From Candidatus Magasanikbacteria bacterium RIFOXYC2_FULL_40_16 (GTDB lineage: Bacteria; Patescibacteriota; Patescibacteriia; Magasanikbacterales; UBA922): DNA of 52,961 nucleotides. The notes beneath the pieces were generated by a model that searched no databases, was not told where the DNA came from, and saw nothing but the letters and a program-made list of their open reading frames with translations. Positions 17,149 to 27,029 of this stretch are shown piece by piece. The stretch's first letter is position 1, and the number at the start of each line of letters is the position of its first letter. The stretch lies in the NCBI GenBank assembly GCA_001783185.1, contig MFQY01000047.1, positions 1-52,961 on the forward strand, written 5' to 3'. Both the position numbers and the translations under genes were made by a program.

Positions 17149-18570
17149 TTATTTTTTTAAACTGAGTATTTCTTTTATGGTTTTGATATTCACTCCGCCT
17201 ATCAGCAAAAGAGTAATTCCATACACTATTATACCAGCAAACACCAGTAAAATAACAGAGGCGGAAGGGATTTGTTTTATGACAAAACTCATAATAATAC
17301 TGGCGAGGATTATTTTGAGAACGGTTTTGAAGCGCAGTTTTTCTTTGCTGTAGTATCGGATTGTTAAATACAAAAATATTCCGGCGTACAGTTCGGAAAA
17401 CACACTCATCCAGGCCGCGCCGTATATTCCGTATATGGGAATGAATATCAGGTAGCCAATCAGAGTGATAACCGCGTTGGAAATATAAATCCAAAGGGTT
17501 TGTTTTTGTTTATCAATCGCCACGGCCGTATGGCCGAAAATCGCGCCGAGAAATACTCCAAAAACCGCGATGGCGAGAATTGATAAAATTTTTCCGGATT
17601 CAACAAACTCCGCGCCCGCGACCAGCAGGATTACCTCGTCGGCCAAAGTAATCGCGCCGACCATCATCGGAACCGCGAATAGCATCATAATATCAAAAGA
17701 TTGTTGGAAATGTTTTTTGAATTCTTCTTTTAAATTGCGCGACCAGGCGAAAGCCATCAGCGGAAGCAGAACACCCATAATCATCATGGCGCTTTGAGTG
17801 ATGACATCAAGCACGCGGTAGGCGGCACCGTATATACCGACTTGCGCTTGATCAACAAAGATAGATAATAAAACTAAATCGCCTTTTAGATAAACCACAT
17901 TGAATACAATGGACAGGGCGATCGGCCACATTTTTAGGGCAATATCTTTCCAGATTTCCCAATCAAACGCGAAAGCGATTGGCGTTTCTTTACCGGCTCT
18001 AAGCCAGAGAATAAGAGTGTGGGTCGCGCTGGAGATCATAACGATAGTCATAATCGCCAAAAAAGACATTTCATTTTTAATCGCGAAAAACATACCGGCC
18101 ACCAAGACAATCCGACCGATTACTTCGCTGATGGCCTGAATATGCATTTTCAATTTGGTTTGGTAAAGGCCGACAAAAACTTGGTTGAGAGTAATCGCCA
18201 AAAACGCGAGAGAAGAAATTGCGATAGCGATTTTTATTTGGATTTCATACGGAAAAAACCAAGCGACAAACGGCGCCAAGGAAAAAAACAGCAAGGCGGA
18301 GACAAATCGGAAAGTGAAAAGGTTTTTAAATAATTTTTCCTTGTCCCGGAGCGGTTCGGAAAGCATTTGCGCTGTCACGACAATCATGCCGAAATCAATC
18401 AGTATGCCGGCAAATTGCAAAAACGCCGTGACAGTGATGTACCAGCCGAACTTTTCCTGTCCGAGGTAGCGGGTCATCATTCCCAACGCGACCAAACCCA
18501 ATATAGTAGTGATTATCTTTCCTACTATCTGGACGATTGTGTTGTGAGCGACTTTGCGGTTTAAAGACAT
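17149..18570 (-). CDS. Oligosaccharide/polysaccharide flippase (MOP superfamily, Wzx-like)
   Basis: 473 aa, about 12-14 TM. The N-terminal NTIVQIVGKIITTILGLVALGMMTRYLGQEKFG pattern is typical of Wzx. Confidence 0.85.
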   Translation of the reverse strand: MSLNRKVAHNTIVQIVGKIITTILGLVALGMMTRYLGQEKFGWYITVTAFLQFAGILIDFGMIVVTAQMLSEPLRDKEKLFKNLFTFRFVSALLFFSLAPFVAWFFPYEIQIKIAIAISSLAFLAITLNQVFVGLYQTKLKMHIQAISEVIGRIVLVAGMFFAIKNEMSFLAIMTIVMISSATHTLILWLRAGKETPIAFAFDWEIWKDIALKMWPIALSIVFNVVYLKGDLVLLSIFVDQAQVGIYGAAYRVLDVITQSAMMIMGVLLPLMAFAWSRNLKEEFKKHFQQSFDIMMLFAVPMMVGAITLADEVILLVAGAEFVESGKILSILAIAVFGVFLGAIFGHTAVAIDKQKQTLWIYISNAVITLIGYLIFIPIYGIYGAAWMSVFSELYAGIFLYLTIRYYSKEKLRFKTVLKIILASIIMSFVIKQIPSASVILLVFAGIIVYGITLLLIGGVNIKTIKEILSLKK

Positions 18571-18630
18571 AGTTGAGTGAAGAATTTGGAATATAGAATT
18601 TAGAATTTAGAATTCTTAAAATTAAAATTG

Positions 18631-18936
18631 TTAATAATAGCCGAGGTCTTGATGGGCTGTTGGCTCAGTATTTTTTTCCACACGATTTCCATTGACGAGC
18701 GCATTTACTATATCGGCGCGGTATTCCAGCCTGGCCGGTTGGCCTTTTTCTATTTCGAATTTATCAAGGATTTGCGCGGCGATGGTCTGCGCTTTTTCCG
18801 CGCCTATTTTTTTGACTGTTTTGCCGTATTCTTTTTTAGAATCGGCGTCGGCGATTTTCCAAGCCTCTGTAATCATTTCAGATAGTTTATTTTCATCAAA
18901 TTGTTCAAAAAAATTTTCTGATTCTATTTCTTTCAT
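18631..18936 (-). CDS. Hypothetical small protein
   Basis: 101-aa ORF with composition like its neighbours. No motif recognised. Confidence 0.5.
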   Translation of the reverse strand: MKEIESENFFEQFDENKLSEMITEAWKIADADSKKEYGKTVKKIGAEKAQTIAAQILDKFEIEKGQPARLEYRADIVNALVNGNRVEKNTEPTAHQDLGYY

Positions 18937-18999
18937 ACAAATAACTAAAATTAATATATAAATTTTAAATAAAAGACAGATTTAGTATTAATTCACGAG

Positions 19000-19090
19000 A
19001 TTGTAAGGGTGTACTTATCCCCCGACTCAGTCGGGGGGCGACGTCCTAAAGGCCTCGCAATGACAGAGTAAAAATTCGCGCTAAGTTCAT
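19000..19090 (+). repeat. Composite of a family-A unit and a family-B-like unit
   Basis: TAAGGGTGTACTTATCCCCCGACTCAGTCGGGGGG is followed by CGACGTCCTAAAGGCCTCGCAATGACAGAGTAAAAATTCGCGCTAAG (compare 22441-22497). Confidence 0.6.
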
Positions 19091-19174
19091 ATTTTTATTA
19101 ATTTTATCATTTTTACGGGATAAAATCAATGTGTTTTTCGCAGTTGCGGTTTAGAGTTAAATACGATATAATAA

Positions 19175-21064
19175 ATGATACAAATAGCTATGTTTAATTA
19201 TTTTGAATTAAAATTTTTTCGTGTTTCGGCGCTAAGCGTGATTTTTTTGCTCGGCGCTTTTTTTGTCGCGTTGCCGGCGCTGGCGGCTGACCCCAAACCG
19301 AATATCAGTCATCCGACTATGATGGCAAAATATGTTTCCCAGTCAATTCCCGATCCGATTGAGATAGAAGCGGGCGGACAAAAAACGATTATTTTAAAAT
19401 TTAAAAATGTCGGTACGGAAACTTGGCCGGTGACAGGAAAGGGTTTTATATCCGCTTACACAATGGAACCGAGAGACCGCAATTCCGTTTTTGCCAGTCC
19501 GAATTGGACTAGCGCGAAGCAAACCGGACCGATAAGCAAAGTTGCCAAGCCGGGCGAGACGGCCGATCTGGCGATTGTTTTAAAAGCGCCGGAGAAAACC
19601 GGTGATTATACAGAGGAGTTTTATTTGGCTTCGGAAAATTATTCATGGGTTGCCGGCGGATATTTTTTCTTGAAAATAAAAGTGGTTCCGGCGCAAGAGA
19701 AAACGGCGGAAGTTGAACCTTCTGCTAACGCTCAGGATGAACCGGAGGTATCTTATACCGCGAACAAATTTATTCAAAATAAAAAAAGCGTTGAAGCGGT
19801 TGGTGGAGAACAAATTGCGTTGACTTTGGGTTTTCAAAACATTGGCAAGGAAACATGGAAAAGTTATTCGGTTGTTTCCAATCAACCGACAGCTTTGGCC
19901 GGTGTTTCAGATAGTTTGAGTTTTGCCGACCATGGTTGGAAAAGCGCGTCAATGGTTTTAGAAAAGCAACAGGAAATCGCTCCGGGCGCGATTATTCGCG
20001 AGGATATTTATTTTAGAGCGCCGGCGGAAGAAGGGGAGTATAAGGCTAAATTTTATTTGGCGGTTGAAGGAAAAACTTTATCCGATGTTTACGCTGAAGT
20101 GGAAATTACGGTCACAAGCAACGCGCCGGATCATTATGTTGAGCCGTTCGGCGGAAGCGAAGCAACCGAACCGGTAAGTTTTAAATTGGACAGCGAACCG
20201 CGAATTCGCGTTGGTTTGTGGCAACCACCTAGTTATGTGCAGTTTAGATCGGTTGAGACGGCTTATGATGTTTACGCCGGCATAGAAAAAAAAGGCACAT
20301 TGGGATTAAATAAGTTAGCGGTGCTGATGAGAAAAGACGGACAGTATTATTTCCGGGGCGGGGATTTGGAATTTTATTCTGATGAATATTTGCGATTGTC
20401 GCCGGTGGATAATCCGAGCGCGGTTTTTACTCTTTTGAATTACTCGCGCATGGTGACTTGGAAAGGGCCGAATAATTTCAGTTCTTACCGCGGGGCGATG
20501 GAGTATCGTCTAGGCGAAGTGAAGACAGACGCGATTTGGGTAGTGAATGATTTATTGCTGGAAGATTATATAAAAGGAATCGGTGAAAATGGCAATGTTT
20601 CGCCGGTGGAATATTTGAAAGCGCAAACAGTGGCGCAAAGAAGTTATGCTTATTCCACAATTCAGGCGAATAAGTATGGGATTTTTGATGTGGTGGCAAC
20701 AACCGGCGATCAGCTTTATTTGGGCGTGGAGTGCGAGAGAATAATGTCTAATTTTGTCGCGGCGGCGCAGGCGACGCGCGGATATATGGCGACTTATGAT
20801 AATAATGTAGTGATTACTCCGTATTTTGGGCATGCGGTTTGTCGGACAAAATCATGGACAGAAACATGGGGCGGAACCACCAAGCCGTGGTTGGTGCCGG
20901 TGCAGACGACTTATGATTGTCAGTATTACGGTTCGTTTTTCGGACACGGAGTTGGTATGAGTCAGATGGACGCGTCCCGACGGGCAACAGCCGAGAGTGC
21001 CGGCTGGCAGGATTTGGTAAAATATTATTATACCGGAGTTAAAGTGGAAAAGATTTTTGAATAA
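19175..21064 (+). CDS. SpoIID/LytB-domain protein with two N-terminal Ig-like (NBR1-like) modules
   Basis: Signal peptide (..FFVALPALAADP), two KNVGTETW / QNIGKETW modules, and a C-terminal SpoIID pattern (AQTVAQRSYAY..GDQLYLG..GHGVGMSQ). An alternative start is the ATG at 19190. Confidence 0.85.
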   Translation: MIQIAMFNYFELKFFRVSALSVIFLLGAFFVALPALAADPKPNISHPTMMAKYVSQSIPDPIEIEAGGQKTIILKFKNVGTETWPVTGKGFISAYTMEPRDRNSVFASPNWTSAKQTGPISKVAKPGETADLAIVLKAPEKTGDYTEEFYLASENYSWVAGGYFFLKIKVVPAQEKTAEVEPSANAQDEPEVSYTANKFIQNKKSVEAVGGEQIALTLGFQNIGKETWKSYSVVSNQPTALAGVSDSLSFADHGWKSASMVLEKQQEIAPGAIIREDIYFRAPAEEGEYKAKFYLAVEGKTLSDVYAEVEITVTSNAPDHYVEPFGGSEATEPVSFKLDSEPRIRVGLWQPPSYVQFRSVETAYDVYAGIEKKGTLGLNKLAVLMRKDGQYYFRGGDLEFYSDEYLRLSPVDNPSAVFTLLNYSRMVTWKGPNNFSSYRGAMEYRLGEVKTDAIWVVNDLLLEDYIKGIGENGNVSPVEYLKAQTVAQRSYAYSTIQANKYGIFDVVATTGDQLYLGVECERIMSNFVAAAQATRGYMATYDNNVVITPYFGHAVCRTKSWTETWGGTTKPWLVPVQTTYDCQYYGSFFGHGVGMSQMDASRRATAESAGWQDLVKYYYTGVKVEKIFE

Positions 21065-21076
21065 ATTTAAATTTTA

Positions 21077-21108
21077 AAAGCCCACGAATAGTGGGCTTTT
21101 TTATTTTT
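21077..21108. terminator. Bidirectional intrinsic terminator
   Basis: AAAAGCCCAC-GAATA-GTGGGCTTTT plus a T-run, between the convergent SpoIID gene and recA. Confidence 0.6.
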
Positions 21109-22166
21109 TATTCCACGGTTTCTTCTTCATTCGGCATCGGCGGTTCTTCATCTAAAACCTCGCCTCGTTTAACCGCTTCCCATATTTTTCCGGAAATCTC
21201 TTTCATCAATTTTGGATTTTCTCTTAAAAATTGTTTGGCTTTTTCACGGCCCACACCCAGTTTTTCTTCGCCGTAGGTATAGCTATTGCCGGATTTAGCG
21301 ATTACTTTGTGTTCCACGCCCATATCCAATAAATCGCCGGAAACGGAGATACCTTCATTATACATAATATCAAATTCAGTCGTGCGGAACGGCGCCGCCA
21401 CTTTATTTTTTACCACTTTTACCTTTACGCGGTTGCCGATAATTTTTTCGCCTTGTTTTATTTGCGCGCTGCGGCGGACTTCAATGCGGACCGAACAATA
21501 AAACTTCAACGCGTTTCCACCAGGGGTGGTTTCAGGATTGCCGAAGAACACGCCGATCTTGTGGCGGATTTGATTGATAAAAATAACTACGGTTTTGCTT
21601 TTGCTGACAACGCCGGTTAATTTGCGAAGCGCTTGCGACATCAATCTGGCTTGTAAGCCCATATGCGAGTCACCCATATCGCCTTCAATTTCCGCTTTTG
21701 GCACCAATGCCGCCACCGAGTCAACTACGACTACGTCAACCGAATTGGAGCGAACCAATGTTTCCAGAATTTCCAAGGCTTGTTCACCTGTATCAGGTTG
21801 GGAAATAAAAAGGTTATCAACATCAACGCCGATTTTGCGCGCGTAATCAGGGTCAAGCGCGTGTTCCGCGTCAATGAAAGCGGCAATTCCGCCCAGTTTT
21901 TGCACTTCGGATATGATATGTTGCGCTAAAGTGGTCTTACCGCTGGCTTCCGGCCCGAAGATTTCAATAATGCGTCCGCGTGGCACTCCGCCCACGCCCA
22001 AAGCGATATCAAGCGAAATGGAGCCGGTGGAAACAGCGTCCACTTCCATGGCTCTGGCTTCGCCGAATTTCATAATGGCGTTTTCGCCGTATCTTTCCTT
22101 GATTTGGTCAATCGCGTTTTGCGCGGCTTTGAATTTTTCATTTGCGACAGAGCTGTTTTTTGCCAT
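21108..22166 (-). CDS. recA: Recombinase RecA
   Basis: Walker [10 protein letters not shown] and RecA core throughout. Start set at MAKNSS, because the upstream ATG (22184) lies inside a family-C repeat. Confidence 0.95.
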   Translation of the reverse strand: MAKNSSVANEKFKAAQNAIDQIKERYGENAIMKFGEARAMEVDAVSTGSISLDIALGVGGVPRGRIIEIFGPEASGKTTLAQHIISEVQKLGGIAAFIDAEHALDPDYARKIGVDVDNLFISQPDTGEQALEILETLVRSNSVDVVVVDSVAALVPKAEIEGDMGDSHMGLQARLMSQALRKLTGVVSKSKTVVIFINQIRHKIGVFFGNPETTPGGNALKFYCSVRIEVRRSAQIKQGEKIIGNRVKVKVVKNKVAAPFRTTEFDIMYNEGISVSGDLLDMGVEHKVIAKSGNSYTYGEEKLGVGREKAKQFLRENPKLMKEISGKIWEAVKRGEVLDEEPPMPNEEETVE

Positions 22167-22180
22167 ACATTTAAAATTTG

Positions 22181-22720
22181 TCATCCTGAATCCCCGTTTT
22201 CACGAGGACAGGCTCTGTGAGCCCGACGCAGGAGGGCGAGCATGTGAGGAAACCCGCCGATTTAATAATTTAAGACTTTAACTCGTAGCGAGTTTATGTA
22301 AATTCTTAACTAAATTTAACTAAAAAATAAACTTTATTTATGTCTGTCATTACGAGCCCCGACTAGGTTGGAGTGTAGTCTCGATTTCGCCTCAGCGAAA
22401 TCGAGATAATCTCGTAAATTTAAGCTTAAACCAACGGGATTGCGACGTCGTCTTGAGACTCCTCGGTTGACAGAGTAAAAACTCGCTATGAGTTCCTTGT
22501 GTGAATAAGATACTCTTTTTAAAAAAGGGTGTCAACCCCGTCACCATTCTGAAAATGTGCATAAATTACCGAAGCATAAAGACGAAGTCGCCTCACGGCT
22601 TTGTCTTTGTATTATCCATAAATTGTGCCAGAAAGGTGACGGGGTCAAATTATTATGAGTAACTCGTAATCCGTAATCCGTCCCGATGTAAAATCGGGAT
22701 AAGTGTTCCCTTATAACTAG
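22181..22720. repeat. Dense array of unrelated hairpin repeat modules (families A, B, C, D and others)
   Basis: It contains TGTCATCCTGAATCCCCGTTTTCACGAGGACAGG, TCTCGATTTCGC-CTCA-GCGAAATCGAGA and GGGATTGCGACGTCGTCTTGAGACTCCTCGG. It also contains a 109-nt element with 10-bp perfect terminal inverted repeats (22536-22644), TAACTCGTAATCCGTAATCCG, and TCCCGATGTAAAATCGGGATAAGTGTTCCCTTAT. Confidence 0.65.
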
Positions 22721-22786
22721 TAATTGATTCAGATTAAGTTTGGAATAAGGGACCCTTGTAAAAGATTGGGGATATTGTATTTGTGT

Positions 22787-22816
22787 TTGACAGTATAGTG
22801 TGTTTATCACTACAAT
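22787..22816 (+). promoter_or_regulatory. Sigma70-like promoter of the thioredoxin-like cassette
   Basis: TTGACA, 18-nt spacer, TACAAT. A strong SD (AAGGAGGAGGG) lies before the ATG at 22856. Confidence 0.45.
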
Positions 22817-22855
22817 AGATAGTGCTGTTAATCTTTATGAACAAGGAGGAGGGAG

Positions 22856-23263
22856 ATGAGATTTTTCAAAATTTTTGTTCTTCTAACTTTTTTTACCGCC
22901 TGCGCCGGACGGCAGAACAAATACACTTGGCCTGAAGAAAAGGAGAAGCATCAGCTTTCTGAAGTTGTAGTGAAGATGAGGGAGTGCGGTTTCAGTCAAG
23001 TTGTGATTTTTATCACGACCGACTGGTGTCCGCCATGCAGGAAAGTGAAAGAGTACTGGAAAGCCAGAACGTCTCCGGTTCCGTTTTACGTGGTGGACAG
23101 TTTTTCCCTGACTGTTCAAGAGAGATATGTCCTCGTTTTGATGGATGTACCCAACAAGGTACCGGTCTGCATCATTATCAACGGCGATAAACATGATATC
23201 GGCGTCGGATACAATATGTGTGCCGAAGGCCTTGAGGTCAAATTGCGGAAATTGAAACGATGA
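22856..23263 (+). CDS. Thioredoxin-fold lipoprotein (CxxC)
   Basis: Lipobox-like LLTFFTAC and the WCPPC redox motif. The gene is visibly G+C-richer than its flanks. Confidence 0.7.
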   Translation: MRFFKIFVLLTFFTACAGRQNKYTWPEEKEKHQLSEVVVKMRECGFSQVVIFITTDWCPPCRKVKEYWKARTSPVPFYVVDSFSLTVQERYVLVLMDVPNKVPVCIIINGDKHDIGVGYNMCAEGLEVKLRKLKR

Positions 23264-23291
23264 GCAGTGGCCGTCTTTGACGGCCAAAAAA

Positions 23292-23333
23292 AGCGCCCGC
23301 TCAGAATCTTGAGCGGGCGCTGTTTCTTTTTTT
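23292..23333. terminator. Bidirectional intrinsic terminator
   Basis: AGCGCCCGCTCA-GAATCT-TGAGCGGGCGCT with an A-run upstream and a T-run downstream. A second small hairpin (GGCCGTC-TTTG-ACGGCC) lies at 23268-23286. Confidence 0.65.
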
Positions 23334-23341
23334 AATAATAA

Positions 23342-24007
23342 TTATTCCGCCGGTTTGTAGATTACATAGCGAACCAGTTCCGTGGTTTTTCCGTGTTTTT
23401 TCTTGGCGGTGATGTTGATGGTGTTCACACCCGGAGAAAGCGTAATAGTCTCTTCAAATTGCCCGTCGCCTTTGCTGGAGATTTCCAGTCCATTTATGGA
23501 AATTTTTGATTCCTGATTGGTTTGCCCGCGTATTACCAGTTCATAATTAGTGGTGACCAGGCCGTTTTCTGGAGAAAATAAAATAAGCTCCGGCGGTTTG
23601 AGCAGAGTTTGTATTTGCCAGCCGATATAGCCGACAAGCGTGAACACGATAACCAGTATAAAAGCCAGCCGTAAAAAAGAAGGCAGGTTTTGGAATTTTT
23701 TCTTATGAAGTTCGTTGCTTATTTGAATTTCTTTTTTGGTTCCGCCGGTTTCCTCATCGTTGAATTGGCTCAAAATTTCTTCAACCGGCAAGTTTAAAAT
23801 TTCCGCGTATTTTTTCAGGAAGTTTTTTTGATAAATTATGGCGTAAGGGATATCATCAAATTGGCATTCTTCAAGCGCGATTAAGTGGCGTTTGCTTATT
23901 TTCGTTTGTTTGGAAAGTTCATCAAGACTGACAAAGGATTTTTGCCTCGCCTCTTTAAGCCTTGCACAAACCCTTTTGCCGGCGGAGATTTTTTTCTTTT
24001 CAAACAT
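23342..24007 (-). CDS. RodZ-like protein (N-terminal HTH, single TM, C-terminal beta domain)
   Basis: XRE-type HTH (LDELSKQTKISKRHLIALEE), a TM segment (LAFILVIVFTLVGYIGW) and an extracytoplasmic domain. Confidence 0.6.
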   Translation of the reverse strand: MFEKKKISAGKRVCARLKEARQKSFVSLDELSKQTKISKRHLIALEECQFDDIPYAIIYQKNFLKKYAEILNLPVEEILSQFNDEETGGTKKEIQISNELHKKKFQNLPSFLRLAFILVIVFTLVGYIGWQIQTLLKPPELILFSPENGLVTTNYELVIRGQTNQESKISINGLEISSKGDGQFEETITLSPGVNTINITAKKKHGKTTELVRYVIYKPAE

Positions 24008-24046
24008 ACTTGAAATTTCTATTGGATCAATTAGAAATTAGGTTAA

Positions 24047-26602
24047 TTAGGTCAATTTTTCTTCATCTTCTTCCGTTTCAGCTTTTTCTTTCCCGACACT
24101 GGTCGGGATTTCGTCCCGATGTAAAATCGGGATAAGTGTTTCCTTATCTGTGGACTCAACAACTTCTTCTGATACGGTTTCGTCCGCATCTTCTTCTATC
24201 TCTTCCCCTTTATCCTCTTCTTCGCTAGTAGCCGGGATGACGGTTTCCTCATCTTTCCCGACATTGGTCGGGATTTCGTCTTCGGGTTCAACATCAACGT
24301 CATCGCTGTATTCTTCCACATCCACTTCTTCGCCTAGGTCGTAAATTAAAGATTTTTTACCGTGCATTGATTCGGTCATTTTCATATGCGCTTCGGCATT
24401 AAGTTCTTCTTCGGTAATCAATATCTCTCTTGGTTTGGCTCCGTCCGCAGGGCCGATAATGCCGGCTTCTTCAAGTTCATCAAGAATACGGGCGGCGCGC
24501 GCGTAGCCGATTTTTAATTTTCTTTGTAAATATGAAGCGCTGGCTTTTCCGGCTTGCACCACCAATCTTTTTGATTCTTCAAAAAATTTGTCGCTATCAT
24601 CGTCTGAGCCGTCAAACACATTAATGGCGCTACCGGATTCATTTTGCTTTAAGATTTTTTCGTCATATTCAACATATTCGCCTTTTTGCAGATATTTTAC
24701 GACATTTTTTAAATCATCTTCCGACAAAAACGCGCCCTGAATACGAACCGGCTTTGACAGTTCATTATTTAAGTAAAGCATATCTCCGCGACCAAGTAAT
24801 TTTTCCGCGCCGGATGTGTCAAGAATTGTTCTTGAGTCTATTATTGACGGGAGGGAGAAGGCGATACGACCGGGGATGTTTGCTTTCATCAGTCCGGTGA
24901 TTACATCCACGCTTGGACGCTGGGTCGCGAGAACAAGGTGGATTCCGACCGCGCGCGCCATTTGCGCCAGTCTAATAATCCCCGCTTCTATTTCACCGGC
25001 GGCGGTCGCCATCAAATCGGCCAGTTCATCCACGACAAAAACCAAGTGGGGGATTTTATCGTTTGGGTGTTTGCTGTTGTATGAATCCAAATCACGACTT
25101 TTGTCCTGCGATAGAATTTCAAATCGGCGGTCCATTTCCGCAGTGGTCCATTTGAGCGCTTTGATGGTGTCGGCGGTGTTGGTGATAACCGGAGTCAGCA
25201 AGTGAGGGATGCCGTTATATAACGTCAATTCCACTCGTTTGGGGTCAACCATAAATATACGGAGCGTTTCGGCGGTATTTTGATATAAAAGGCTGGTCAA
25301 AATCGTGTTTACGCAAACGGTTTTTCCACTGCCGGTGGAGCCGGCGATTAACAAATGAGGCATACGAGGCAGATCGGCAAACCAAACTTTTCCGGCGACA
25401 TCTTTGCCGAGGGCAACCATCATATTGTGTTTTCTGTTTCTGTATTCGTCGCTTTCAAATAATTCTTTGAAAGTGATGATGGCGGTTTTTTCGTTCGGTA
25501 CTTCAATCCCGACCAAAGATTTGCCCGGAATCGGCGCTTCAATTCTGATTGGGTGGGCGGCCAGGGCGAGAGACAAATCGTTTGATAAAGCAATGATGCG
25601 GGACAGCTTCATACCCTTCTTCGGTTTGAGAGTGTAGCGGGTGACAGTCGGTCCAACGCTGGATTCTCCCATATCAACATCAATGCCAAATTCTTGCAGG
25701 GTTTCTCTGATTATTTCAGTATTGGCTTTTATGTCCCCACTGGTTGGTTTACTTCTTTTGCTGGTAAGCAAATCCAATTTTGGAGTCGGCTTAATCACGG
25801 TTTTTTGTGGCCAGGCTTTTTCCAATCCGAGTGTTTTTCCCGGTTTTAAATCCAACAGATTGCCATTTTCAAATTTTTTGGCGTCGTCTTCGTCATCATC
25901 ATCTCCGCCGATTTTTCGGCTGGTAATTTTTAGGCGATAGTCTTCGTCATCATCTTCAGATTCATTTTCTTCATCGGTTTTTTCTTCTTCGCCGTCTTCA
26001 TAATCATCGTCAGGTTGTTCGTCGGGCGCGTTTTTGTCTTTTTTAGAAACTTCGTTGATTATTTTTATCGCGCTTTTTCCGAAGACGCCAAAACTGGAAA
26101 ATATTTTTTTATTTATCACGAGCAGGTGCACAATCAAAGTGTTGAACATCAAAAGAAGCGATACCATTGCCATCGCCGTCAAAACAACCCAGGCCGCGAT
26201 TGAACCTAAATAAGTTTTTATCGGCCAGGCTGTCATCCCGAACACTCCGCCCCCATGGCCGAGAATCGCCTGCGCCCACATATTGGCCGGGGTGAAACCC
26301 ATATGGAATAATCCGGACATACTCAAGAAAAAAAGCGCGGCGCCGATTCCATGAGTGGGTTTGTAATTGTAGTCGCTGTCTTTAATTAAAAACCAGGCGA
26401 TGACAAGAATTACGAACGGAACGGCGTATCTGATTGAGCCGAATAAAAAACTTAATACCCCTTTGTTTAAGATGTAGCCGAGCGGGCCGGCTTGATCAAA
26501 AAAACTTAAAATTATTATTATTGCCACCACCGCCAAAACTATGGCTATGATTCCTTTGGAAAGGATGGGGTCAAATGACGGTTGTCTGCTTCTTCTGCCC
26601 AT
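24047..26602 (-). CDS. ftsK: DNA translocase FtsK/SpoIIIE with an extra acidic C-terminal tail
   Basis: N-terminal TM domain, acidic linker, Walker A GSTGSGKTV, Walker B VVDELADL and gamma winged helix (SYLQRKLKIGYARAARILDELEEAGIIGP). About 120 further residues follow. Confidence 0.92.
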   Translation of the reverse strand: MGRRSRQPSFDPILSKGIIAIVLAVVAIIIILSFFDQAGPLGYILNKGVLSFLFGSIRYAVPFVILVIAWFLIKDSDYNYKPTHGIGAALFFLSMSGLFHMGFTPANMWAQAILGHGGGVFGMTAWPIKTYLGSIAAWVVLTAMAMVSLLLMFNTLIVHLLVINKKIFSSFGVFGKSAIKIINEVSKKDKNAPDEQPDDDYEDGEEEKTDEENESEDDDEDYRLKITSRKIGGDDDDEDDAKKFENGNLLDLKPGKTLGLEKAWPQKTVIKPTPKLDLLTSKRSKPTSGDIKANTEIIRETLQEFGIDVDMGESSVGPTVTRYTLKPKKGMKLSRIIALSNDLSLALAAHPIRIEAPIPGKSLVGIEVPNEKTAIITFKELFESDEYRNRKHNMMVALGKDVAGKVWFADLPRMPHLLIAGSTGSGKTVCVNTILTSLLYQNTAETLRIFMVDPKRVELTLYNGIPHLLTPVITNTADTIKALKWTTAEMDRRFEILSQDKSRDLDSYNSKHPNDKIPHLVFVVDELADLMATAAGEIEAGIIRLAQMARAVGIHLVLATQRPSVDVITGLMKANIPGRIAFSLPSIIDSRTILDTSGAEKLLGRGDMLYLNNELSKPVRIQGAFLSEDDLKNVVKYLQKGEYVEYDEKILKQNESGSAINVFDGSDDDSDKFFEESKRLVVQAGKASASYLQRKLKIGYARAARILDELEEAGIIGPADGAKPREILITEEELNAEAHMKMTESMHGKKSLIYDLGEEVDVEEYSDDVDVEPEDEIPTNVGKDEETVIPATSEEEDKGEEIEEDADETVSEEVVESTDKETLIPILHRDEIPTSVGKEKAETEEDEEKLT
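24091..24147. repeat. Family-A hairpin units lying inside the ftsK 3' coding tail
   Basis: TCCCGACACTGGTCGGGA (24091-24108) and TCCCGATGTAAAATCGGGATAAGTGTTTCCTTAT (24114-24147). A further TCCCGACATTGGTCGGGA lies at 24256-24273. Confidence 0.7.
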
Positions 26603-26676
26603 ATATATTTTGAATTATAAAACAAAAAACAGCGATTTCTTTTTCATAACAGGTATTTTATCACTTATTTAACATA

Positions 26677-26705
26677 TTGACAAAGCCTGATAAATATGAT
26701 ATGGT
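26677..26705 (+). promoter_or_regulatory. Sigma70-like promoter (extended -10) of a G+C-rich mini-cassette
   Basis: TTGACA, 17-nt spacer ending TGA, then TATGGT. SD AGGAGG lies 7 nt before the ATG at 26745. Confidence 0.45.
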
Positions 26706-26744
26706 TGTTTGTCCGAATATCAACCAACCACTAGGAGGCAGACA

Positions 26745-27011
26745 ATGAGCAAGGACGGATTTCAGGGGATCAAGCCGGATGGAATCAAGATCAGATTTGT
26801 TGTCATCAACAACGACGACGACGAGAGGAATGTGATTCTGGAGGAGACGGCGTCTATCACCCAACTCGTTCGGTTGGGCGAGGAAGTGAACATCTACCTG
26901 TCCAATGGGATGAGTCTGATGTGGACGTCCGGTGAGGGCTGGACTGCCTACGCGGAATACTCGCACAAGCTGGAGTTCCTCCACGACGTGGAGGTGTACG
27001 CGGTCAGCTAG
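26745..27011 (+). CDS. Hypothetical 88-aa protein (G+C-rich cassette)
   Basis: Track ORF 26709..27011 trimmed to MSKDGFQG, which sits behind a strong SD. It has its own promoter and terminator. Confidence 0.55.
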   Translation: MSKDGFQGIKPDGIKIRFVVINNDDDERNVILEETASITQLVRLGEEVNIYLSNGMSLMWTSGEGWTAYAEYSHKLEFLHDVEVYAVS

Positions 27012-27029
27012 ACCGTTTCGGATACGACA

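Noticed and set aside
21091-22281. Plus-strand ORFs overlapping recA (21091..21276, 21286..21501, 21574..21846, 21663..21929, 21874..22281)
   Set aside because: They are antisense to recA, whose identity is unambiguous.
22541-22810. 89-aa minus-strand ORF in the recA upstream spacer
   Set aside because: It is composed entirely of repeat modules, has no ribosome-binding site, and reads through the promoter of the thioredoxin-like gene.
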